A stretch of DNA of 64,000 nt. Origin: Lachnospiraceae bacterium GAM79. Its GTDB lineage: Bacteria > Bacillota_I > Bacilli_A > RFN20 > CAG-826. The stretch's first letter is position 1. Each line of letters begins with the position of its first letter. The position numbers and the translations under genes are program-made. Of the stretch, positions 56,685-64,000 are shown piece by piece. Where the stretch lies: positions 3,127-67,126 of the forward strand of contig CAVEUC010000007.1 in the NCBI GenBank assembly GCA_963619035.1, in the 5' to 3' direction. The notes under the pieces were generated by a model. It did no database searches and was not told the origin of the DNA. It saw only the letters and a program-made list of their open reading frames with translations.

Positions 56685-57365
56685 TTATAAAATCAATAAT
56701 AAAAATAAACCTAAACTTATTAATATTTGAGCTACAAAATAAGTTGAAATTATATAGAAATTTTGGTGTTTAAATTTAGCTTTATATTGTCTAATTCCAA
56801 TTAAGAAATCACTAGCAATAAAGAATAAATAACCGACAATACATAAAATAAATAATAGTGATTTTGTATAGATTAAAGCAACTATAACCATAAATAAATT
56901 AACAAATAAAATCGAATAGTAGATACCAGTAAAAATAGATACTGATTTAATCTTTTTATATAACAATAATCCAAATAATAGTCCTGATAAAATAATTATA
57001 GATGGAACTACTATATAAATAAAAATAGGGATATTGTATGAGTTTGAATTATAAATAAATAATAAATAGAAAATGAACATGAAAATATGTCCAATAAAAA
57101 ACGAAGAAGCACCTGCTAAAAATGCTTTTTTATTACCTTTAATTAAAATTAAAGCATCTCCAATTAAACCAAATGTGAATCCAAAAAATAATAAATAATT
57201 TTGAGGAACAATTATTAAAGTGAGAATTGATAATAAAAGCATTGGAATGCATTTACATATTAAATGAATTTTTCTATTTTCTTTAAAACATCCATAACAA
57301 TCAATAGATGCTACTAAAGCATATAGAATATAAAATACGATTAAAGTTATTTCTTGCCATGTCAT
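56685..57365 (-). CDS. YhhN-family (lysoplasmalogenase-like) membrane protein
   Basis: 226 aa, about 8 TM. It contains the GLIGDALIL and FFIASDFLI segments typical of YhhN. Confidence 0.6.
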   Translation of the reverse strand: MTWQEITLIVFYILYALVASIDCYGCFKENRKIHLICKCIPMLLLSILTLIIVPQNYLLFFGFTFGLIGDALILIKGNKKAFLAGASSFFIGHIFMFIFYLLFIYNSNSYNIPIFIYIVVPSIIILSGLLFGLLLYKKIKSVSIFTGIYYSILFVNLFMVIVALIYTKSLLFILCIVGYLFFIASDFLIGIRQYKAKFKHQNFYIISTYFVAQILISLGLFLLLIL

Positions 57366-57447
57366 ATACTCATATTATATTAAATATTAGATATGTTTTT
57401 AAATAGTTATTTATATAACTTTATATTAATGCACTAATATTTTTTTC

Positions 57448-57476
57448 TTGATAATCAATAATAAAACTAGTATATT
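57448..57476 (+). promoter_or_regulatory. Promoter of rpsO
   Basis: TTGATA (57448-57453), 17-nt spacer, TATATT (57471-57476). Confidence 0.6.
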
Positions 57477-57494
57477 TATCAAGTACTCAATCTT

Positions 57495-57520
57495 AGTATT
57501 ACGAAACTCCAACGAATACT
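57495..57520 (+). promoter_or_regulatory. Hairpin in the rpsO 5' UTR (possible S15 autoregulatory leader)
   Basis: AGTATT, a 14-nt loop, then AATACT, within a leader of about 75 nt. S15 autoregulation through leader structures is well known. This specific structure is unverified. Confidence 0.3.
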
Positions 57521-57555
57521 TTGATTTGTGCGAATATTATTGAAAGGAGAAAACA

Positions 57556-57825
57556 ATGGCTTTAGACAAAAAACAAAAAAGTGATATCGTCGCTAGTTTT
57601 GGTAAATCAAAAGTAGATACTGGAAGTGTTGAAGTTCAAATTGCTTTAGCTACAGAAAGAATCAAATCTTTAACAGAACATTTAAAGAAAAATGATAAAG
57701 ACAGTATCGCTAGACGTGGTTTATTAATCCAAGTTGGTAAAAGAAAATCTCTTCTTGCTTATTTAGAAAAAACAGATAGAGAAGCTTATGCTAAATTAAT
57801 CGCTAAATTAGGATTAAGAAAATAA
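57556..57825 (+). CDS. rpsO: 30S ribosomal protein S15
   Basis: 89 aa. Motifs GSVEVQIALATERIKSLTEHLKKNDKD and RRGLL. Confidence 0.95.
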   Translation: MALDKKQKSDIVASFGKSKVDTGSVEVQIALATERIKSLTEHLKKNDKDSIARRGLLIQVGKRKSLLAYLEKTDREAYAKLIAKLGLRK

Positions 57826-57845
57826 TTATTATTAGTGAAAAGAAT

Positions 57846-57878
57846 TAAAAAAAACTCTATAATAAATAGAGTTTTTTT
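57846..57878 (+). terminator. Rho-independent terminator after rpsO
   Basis: ACTCTAT-AATAA-ATAGAGT followed by T7. It lies inside the GTG-initiated N-terminal extension of the next ORF in the track, which argues against that extension. Confidence 0.8.
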
Positions 57879-57891
57879 AATGGGTTTTAGT

Positions 57892-59637
57892 ATGGAAAAA
57901 GCGTTTGATTCGACAAAAAAATTTAAGAAATACATGATTCTAGGTCCTGTATTTAAAGTTATTGAAGTAATCTTTGAATTGATTACTCCTTTTTTGATGA
58001 AATATATTGTCGATACTGGATTAGCTAATGCAATTCAATATGGAAATTATAATCATATTATTATTCCTGGATGTTTAATGATCTTATTTGCTTTAGCGGG
58101 ATATGGAACTACATTTGTATGTCAATATTTAGCTAGCATCGCTTCTCAAGGAAGTGGTACAGATTTAAGAAATAGAGTTTATAGAAAGATAATGAGTTTA
58201 TCTACTATCGATTTGGAAAAATTAGATAAAGGAAATTTAATGAATATATTAACTAATGATGTTAATAGAATTCAAACTGTTATTGCTCTTTTGATTAGAC
58301 TTGTAGTTAGAGCTCCAGTATTGGTTGTTGGTTCTTTAGTTTGTGCAGCTTTAATCGATTGGAAAATATCTTTAATTTATCTTGCTATTATACCTTTAGT
58401 TGTTGCTATTTATTTTATAATTTTAAAAATTTCTAGTAAGCAATATTTAAAAGTTCAAAAAGAGAATGATAAAATTGTAACTAAAGCAAATGATGATATT
58501 AATGGTATTAGAGTTATAAAAGCTTTTAATAACGAAAATAAAGAAATAGATGAATATAAAGTATTAACTGATAATTATTATAAAGAAAGTAAAGTTGCAA
58601 TATTTGTTAATGAATTAATTAATCCTTTAACTATGCTTATTGTTAATGTTGCGATTATTGGTGTTTTGTTATTGTCTTCTTATATTATTACTGGTTCTGT
58701 CGATCCATCACAATCTTCTTTATTAAAAGGTGATGTTGTCGCTTTAATTTCTTATTTAAATCAAATCTTATTAGCTTTAATTGTCGTTTGTAATTTGATT
58801 GTTGCTTTTACAAAAGGTTTTGCTTCTAATACGAGAATTAACAATCTTTTAAATTATGAACCTACTGTTAAAAATACTGGTACGATTAAAGATATTAAAA
58901 TTGAAAATGGTGATAATTTAATTGAATTAAAAAATGTAAGCGTATCTTATAGTGGTGAAAATTATGTTGTTTCTGATATTAATTTTAAAATCGATAAAGG
59001 TCAAACTGTTGGTGTAATCGGAGGAACTGGTGCCGGTAAAACTACTATTATTAAATTAATTGAAAGATTTTTAGATGCTAGTAAAGGTGAGATTATTTAT
59101 AAAGGACACGATATTAAAGATTACGATTTAGTATCATTAAGAAATGAAGTGAGTTTAGTTGATCAAAAAGCTTCTTTGATGAATGGAACTATTAAATCTA
59201 ATATTTTAATGGGGAAAAGCGACGCTAGTGATGAAGAGGTCATCGAAGCTTTAAAAAAATCAAAAGCTTATGATTTTGTGTCTTCATATGAAGATGGAAT
59301 TAATCATCCAGTTAGAGAAAATGGTAGAAACTTTTCTGGAGGTCAAAGACAAAGATTATCTATTGCTAGATCTTTAATTAAAGAATCTGAATTATTGATT
59401 TTAGATGATTCTACATCTGCATTAGATTATTTAACTGATAAAGAAGTAAGAGCAAATATAAAAGAGATGAATAAAACTACATTAATTATCTCTCAAAGAG
59501 TATCTTCTCTTTCTGGATGTGATGTAATTTACGTTATGGATCACGGAAAAATTGTAGATAGTGGAACTAATGATTATTTAATGAATAATTGTGAAATTTA
59601 TAAAGAAATTTATGAATCCCAAGTGAGGAATAAATAA
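57892..59637 (+). CDS. ABC exporter, fused TMD-NBD half transporter, degenerate-site subunit
   Basis: I moved the start to ATG 57892 (MEKAFDS), downstream of the rpsO terminator. Walker A GGTGAGKTT, signature FSGGQRQR. Walker B reads LLILDDS, with Asp in place of the catalytic Glu. Confidence 0.8.
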   Translation: MEKAFDSTKKFKKYMILGPVFKVIEVIFELITPFLMKYIVDTGLANAIQYGNYNHIIIPGCLMILFALAGYGTTFVCQYLASIASQGSGTDLRNRVYRKIMSLSTIDLEKLDKGNLMNILTNDVNRIQTVIALLIRLVVRAPVLVVGSLVCAALIDWKISLIYLAIIPLVVAIYFIILKISSKQYLKVQKENDKIVTKANDDINGIRVIKAFNNENKEIDEYKVLTDNYYKESKVAIFVNELINPLTMLIVNVAIIGVLLLSSYIITGSVDPSQSSLLKGDVVALISYLNQILLALIVVCNLIVAFTKGFASNTRINNLLNYEPTVKNTGTIKDIKIENGDNLIELKNVSVSYSGENYVVSDINFKIDKGQTVGVIGGTGAGKTTIIKLIERFLDASKGEIIYKGHDIKDYDLVSLRNEVSLVDQKASLMNGTIKSNILMGKSDASDEEVIEALKKSKAYDFVSSYEDGINHPVRENGRNFSGGQRQRLSIARSLIKESELLILDDSTSALDYLTDKEVRANIKEMNKTTLIISQRVSSLSGCDVIYVMDHGKIVDSGTNDYLMNNCEIYKEIYESQVRNK

Positions 59638-59638
59638 T

Positions 59639-61399
59639 ATGAGTGATATTAAAAGACTTTTAAAATATATTGGTAAATATAAATTATTATTAATTTGTTC
59701 ATTATTTTTTGCTTTAATTTTTGTATGCTGTGATGTTTTAATTCCTTATTTTACTGGCCAAATTATAGATATTTTAGCTAAATTTATTGAAGGCAAAACA
59801 AGCGATACTTCTACAATTAAAATTTATTTATCAGTGATTGGTTTACTTGTTGCTTTGTTAGTTTTATTTAATTATTTATTTAATATTTTAACTGGAATAA
59901 TTATAGAAAATATTACAAGAGATATTAAAAACGATATCTTTAAGAAATTTAACACGGTAAGTATTAATTATATTGATACACACACTCATGGTGATTTAAT
60001 TTCAAGATTAGTTAATGATGTTGACTATGTTTTATTAGGAATTAACGGGTGTTTTAAACAATTTTATCAAGGAATTGTTACAATCATGTTTACAATTGGA
60101 TTTATGTTTTGGTTAAACTGGATTCTTGCTTTAATTGTTTTATGTTTAACTCCATTTGGCTTTTTAGTTTCTTATAAAGTTGCTAAATCGGTTTCTAAAG
60201 ATTTTAAAAAGCAAGCTAAAATTCAAGGTGAAGTTGGAGCAAAAATCTTAGAAGATTTAAATAATATTAATGTAATTAAATCTTTCAATTTTGAAAATCA
60301 ATCATTAGATGATTTCTATAAAATTAACGATAATTTATTTGAAGTTGGAAGAAAAGCTCAATTTTCTTCTAGTTTAATTAATCCTAGTACAAGAATTATC
60401 AATAATACAATTTATGCAATACTTTGCATTATTGGTACTATTTTATGTGTTGTTAGCAGTAAAGGTGGAAGCGACTATATATTAGGAGCTACTTGTACAA
60501 TCGGTATTATTACATCGTTTTTACAATATGCTAATAAATTTGCAAAGCCATTAGATGAAATGTCTTCATGCATTGGAGAAATTCAACAAGGTTATACTTC
60601 TTTTAAACGTATTAATGAAGTTTTAAATAATGTTGATGACATCGATAATGGTAATAAAGAATTGAATGAATTAGTCGAAGAAATCAAGTTTAATGATGTT
60701 TTCTTTAGCTACGTTAAAGAAAGACCATTGATTGAAAACTTCACTTTAAATGTTAAAAAAGGAACTAAAGTTGCAATAGTTGGACCTACAGGATGCGGAA
60801 AGACTACTATGATTAATTTAATTATGAGATATTATGATACTAATAGTGGTAGCATTGATTTTAATAATGTTCCAAGTACTGAATTTAAAAAGAAAGAAAT
60901 AAGGAAACATATTGGATTAGTTTTACAAGAAACTTGGATTTTTAAAGGTACTGTTTTTGATAATATAAGATATTCTAGACAAGATGCAACTGATGAAGAA
61001 GTAATGGAAGCTGCTAAGCAAGCAAATGCTTATAGTTTTATATCTAGATTACCTAATGGATTTAATACTATGATCAGCGATGATTCTGGATTAAGTAGCG
61101 GTGAAAAACAATTAATTACTATCGCAAGAGTTATATTAGCTAAACCTGAAATCGTTATTTTAGATGAAGCTACAAGTAATATTGATACTCGTACAGAAAA
61201 GAAGATTGTTAAAGCTTTCGCAAGTTTAACTGAAGGAAGAACTAGCTTTATTATCGCTCATAGACTTTCTACGATTATCAATAGTGATATTATCATCGTT
61301 ATGAAAGATGGACATATAATCGAGACAGGAAATCATAGTGAATTAATGAATAAAAACGGTTTTTATTCAAAATTATTTAACGCACAATTTGAAAATTAG
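59639..61399 (+). CDS. ABC exporter, fused TMD-NBD half transporter, consensus-site subunit
   Basis: 586 aa. Walker A GPTGCGKTT, Walker B VILDEATS, non-canonical signature LSSGEKQ. It starts 1 nt after the partner gene. Confidence 0.8.
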   Translation: MSDIKRLLKYIGKYKLLLICSLFFALIFVCCDVLIPYFTGQIIDILAKFIEGKTSDTSTIKIYLSVIGLLVALLVLFNYLFNILTGIIIENITRDIKNDIFKKFNTVSINYIDTHTHGDLISRLVNDVDYVLLGINGCFKQFYQGIVTIMFTIGFMFWLNWILALIVLCLTPFGFLVSYKVAKSVSKDFKKQAKIQGEVGAKILEDLNNINVIKSFNFENQSLDDFYKINDNLFEVGRKAQFSSSLINPSTRIINNTIYAILCIIGTILCVVSSKGGSDYILGATCTIGIITSFLQYANKFAKPLDEMSSCIGEIQQGYTSFKRINEVLNNVDDIDNGNKELNELVEEIKFNDVFFSYVKERPLIENFTLNVKKGTKVAIVGPTGCGKTTMINLIMRYYDTNSGSIDFNNVPSTEFKKKEIRKHIGLVLQETWIFKGTVFDNIRYSRQDATDEEVMEAAKQANAYSFISRLPNGFNTMISDDSGLSSGEKQLITIARVILAKPEIVILDEATSNIDTRTEKKIVKAFASLTEGRTSFIIAHRLSTIINSDIIIVMKDGHIIETGNHSELMNKNGFYSKLFNAQFEN

Positions 61400-61401
61400 T
61401 T

Positions 61402-63288
61402 ATGGCACTTATCTCTTTTTCTAATGTAACAAAATATTATATAAATGATTTAATATTGGATCATGTTACTTTTAGTGTGAATAAAGGTGATAAAGTTGCA
61501 TTGATTGGAAATAACGGTGCTGGTAAAACAACAATCTTTAAAATGATATTAAAAAAGGAAGAACCAACACTGGTTCCTAAAGAAGATAAACCTGGTGACA
61601 TATCTATTTTAAATGGTATTTCTGTAGGTTATTTAGATCAAAACGCAATTAAAAATGTTGAATCTACAGTTTATGAAGAATTATTAGATGCTTTTAAGAA
61701 AACATTTGAAATACAAAAGCAACTTGAAGTTATTACGGAGAAAATTAAGGATAATCCAAGTGATGAAAATCTATTAATTAAATACGATGGAATATTGAAA
61801 GATTTTCAAAAAGAGAGGGGATATACATACGAAATCGAAATAAATGAAATGATTTCTAAGTTCGGTTTTGATTTATCTATCAAAGATAGAATTGTAAAAA
61901 GTTTGAGTGGTGGAGAAAGAATGAAGATAGCTTTTATCAAAATTCTTTTATTCAATTATGATGTTTTACTTTTAGATGAACCTACAAATCATTTAGATAT
62001 TTCTACTATCGAATGGCTTGAACAATTTTTAAAATCATATAACGGAACAATATTTTTTATCTCTCATGATAGGTATTTTTTAGAATCTTTAGCTACTAGG
62101 GTTTTTGAATTAGAAAATCATAAAATTGAAGTATATAACATGGATTATAATCATTATTTAATTGATAAAGAAACTAGATATAATTCACTACTAAAATTAG
62201 CTAAAAGAGAAGAAAAAGAAATAGAAAAAATAAAGAAATTTATTGAATTTTATAAGCCAAAACCTAGATTTACTTCCAGAGCGAAAGATAGAGAACATAA
62301 GTTAGAAAAATTAGAAAAAAATAGAGTTGAATTACCAACGAGGGAAGATAAAAAAATTAAATTGAAAATAGATGGTGGTAATTTAAAAAATAAACAGTTG
62401 TTAGAAGTAAAAGATTTAGTAATCGGATATGATTTTCCTCTTACTCCTCCATTTTCTTTTTCTTGCTATGGTCAAGATAAAATCGCAGTTTGTGGAGATA
62501 ACGGAATCGGAAAAACAACATTAATCAAAACTTTATTAGGTGAAATTAAACCAATTAGCGGAAACATTAAAGAAGTAAGAAAAATTAATTACGGATATAT
62601 TAAACAAAATGATTACATTTTTAATGAAAATGAATCAGCTTTGTCTTATTTAAAAAATAAATATCCAGCTAAATTAGATAAGGAATTACGCACTATTTTG
62701 GGTAGATTTCAGTTTAAAGGTGAAGATGTATATAAAAATACTTCATCGATGTCTAATGGTGAAAAAATGAGATTAATTCTATGTTCATTTTCTTTATCTG
62801 GTTATGAATTGTTGCTTCTTGATGAGCCTACAAACCACCTTGATATGATTACAAAAGAATGCTTGATTAACGCATTAAAAAATTATGATGGTGCAATTAT
62901 TTTTATATCTCACGATCGTTATTTCATTAATGAATTAGCTACGAATGTTTTATATTTATCAAGAAAAAATATTTTGTTTATAGAAGGTGATTACAATCGT
63001 CTTTATCATTGCTTAGAAAAGATGAATGAAGAATTAAAAGTTGCTTCTATTAAAGAATTAGAAACCCCTACAGTTGTTAAAAAAGAAAAGTTATCTAATA
63101 ACAAAATATTAGAATACGAAAAAGAGATGAGTGATATCGAATTAAGAATAAGCGATATTGATAAATCTTTAGAAGAAGATGATTTCGTAGATTATAAATT
63201 AATTGAAGAGTTACAAGAAGAGAAAGATGAATTAGAATATCGATATTTAGAAATTGTTGATATTTTAGAAAAGAATAAAAAGTTATAA
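61402..63288 (+). CDS. ABC-F family ATPase (tandem NBDs, no TMD; translation-factor type)
   Basis: 628 aa. Two ABC cassettes (GNNGAGKTT and GDNGIGKTT; LSGGERMK and MSNGEKMR), an inter-domain linker and an acidic coiled-coil C-terminus. Confidence 0.85.
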   Translation: MALISFSNVTKYYINDLILDHVTFSVNKGDKVALIGNNGAGKTTIFKMILKKEEPTLVPKEDKPGDISILNGISVGYLDQNAIKNVESTVYEELLDAFKKTFEIQKQLEVITEKIKDNPSDENLLIKYDGILKDFQKERGYTYEIEINEMISKFGFDLSIKDRIVKSLSGGERMKIAFIKILLFNYDVLLLDEPTNHLDISTIEWLEQFLKSYNGTIFFISHDRYFLESLATRVFELENHKIEVYNMDYNHYLIDKETRYNSLLKLAKREEKEIEKIKKFIEFYKPKPRFTSRAKDREHKLEKLEKNRVELPTREDKKIKLKIDGGNLKNKQLLEVKDLVIGYDFPLTPPFSFSCYGQDKIAVCGDNGIGKTTLIKTLLGEIKPISGNIKEVRKINYGYIKQNDYIFNENESALSYLKNKYPAKLDKELRTILGRFQFKGEDVYKNTSSMSNGEKMRLILCSFSLSGYELLLLDEPTNHLDMITKECLINALKNYDGAIIFISHDRYFINELATNVLYLSRKNILFIEGDYNRLYHCLEKMNEELKVASIKELETPTVVKKEKLSNNKILEYEKEMSDIELRISDIDKSLEEDDFVDYKLIEELQEEKDELEYRYLEIVDILEKNKKL

Positions 63289-63297
63289 AATATTATT

Positions 63298-63750
63298 ATG
63301 AGAATTGTTTTACAAAATGTTTTAAGTGCAAATGTTTCAATCGATGGAAAAATATATTCATCGATTAATAGAGGCTACATGCTTCTTGTTTCTTTTACTG
63401 AGGGAGATACAGAAGAAATAGTAAATAAAGTAGCTCAAAAAGTATTAAATTTAAGAATTTTTCAAGACGAAAACGGAAAGACTAACTTAAATTTAAAATC
63501 TGTTAACGGTGAGATTTTATCAGTTTCACAATTTACTTTATATGCTGATTGTAAGCATGGTAATAGACCATCTTTTGTCAATTGTTTAGCATATGATAAA
63601 GCTAATAATTTATATGAATATTTTAATTCTTTATTAATAAAAGAAGGATATGTTGTTAAAACTGGAGTGTTTGGTGCTGATATGAAAGTTAATTTGATAA
63701 ATGATGGACCATTTACACTAGTTATTGATTCTAAGGAGTTGGGTTTATGA
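63298..63750 (+). CDS. dtd: D-aminoacyl-tRNA deacylase
   Basis: 150 aa. Motifs [14 protein letters not shown] and NDGPFTL. Confidence 0.9.
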   Translation: MRIVLQNVLSANVSIDGKIYSSINRGYMLLVSFTEGDTEEIVNKVAQKVLNLRIFQDENGKTNLNLKSVNGEILSVSQFTLYADCKHGNRPSFVNCLAYDKANNLYEYFNSLLIKEGYVVKTGVFGADMKVNLINDGPFTLVIDSKELGL

Positions 63751-64000
63751 AAGTTATGTTAGGTTTAAGTGGCGGTGTCGATAGTGCTGTTGCTGCTTAT
63801 TTATTAAAATCTCAAGGATATGATGTTGTTTGCTGTTTTATGAGAAACTGGGATAGTATGCTTAATAACGATGTTTTAGGTAATCCAACTGTCAATAATA
63901 ACATTTGTCCTCAAGAACAAGATTATTTAGATGCAAAAAAAGTTGCTGAAGATTTAAATTTACCTTTTTTAAGAATAGATTTTATTAAAGAATATTGGGA
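63747..64000 (+). CDS. mnmA: tRNA 2-thiouridine(34) synthase MnmA, 5' fragment (continues beyond the window)
   Basis: ATGA overlap with the dtd stop. PP-loop [21 protein letters not shown]. No stop before the window end. Confidence 0.85.
   Translation, partial: MKVMLGLSGGVDSAVAAYLLKSQGYDVVCCFMRNWDSMLNNDVLGNPTVNNNICPQEQDYLDAKKVAEDLNLPFLRIDFIKEYW

Overview
This is a very AT-rich, tightly packed chromosomal segment. It uses the standard genetic code (UGA terminates several well-conserved genes and Trp is UGG). It has GGAGG-type ribosome-binding sites, TTGACA/TATAAT-type promoters and Cys-lipobox lipoproteins. Together these suggest a non-recoding Mollicutes, Acholeplasma or Erysipelotrichia-like Firmicute. 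This lineage call is an inference. I support about 50 CDS, 6 tRNAs and a set of stem-loop terminators and promoters. I saw no rRNA, CRISPR array, transposase, integrase or prophage genes.

Contents from left to right:
- A truncated secreted protein and tRNA-Leu.
- A complete sulfoquinovose locus of the sulfo-transaldolase type (2.1-10.9 kb). Both of its promoter regions carry the same palindrome.
- A 12.5-kb five-gene operon (11.0-23.6 kb) encoding two fused MacB-type ABC proteins, two giant repeat lipoproteins and a C-terminally anchored protein.
- A divergent pair of U32-family (RNA-hydroxylase type) genes. One of them is co-operonic with a DASS-like transporter, a stand-alone chorismate mutase and an atypical DXS-like ThDP enzyme (23.6-30.7 kb).
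- An SDR fusion protein, and a membrane protein with an acidic linker, a basic tail and a DUF2188 domain.
- tRNA-Asp and tRNA-Phe, a lipoprotein nuclease, and YebC-galU-DUF362.
- rplM-rpsI, followed by tRNA-Ile, tRNA-Val and tRNA-Thr.
- gap-pgk-tpiA and miscellaneous housekeeping genes.
- A pncB-nadD-nadE salvage operon, a GH3 glycosidase and rpsO.
- A heterodimeric ABC exporter, an ABC-F protein, dtd and the 5' end of mnmA.

The candidates I rate highest:
- The U32, chorismate mutase, transporter and DXS-like cluster, which could be a prephenate-supply module for RNA hydroxylation.
- The MacB-type ABC plus giant-lipoprotein operon.
- The sulfoquinovose locus with its candidate operator and an unexpected Gln at the expected sulfonate-binding Arg position.
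- Two tRNAs with C instead of U at T-loop position 55.

All family assignments come from reading motifs by eye. No database search was run.
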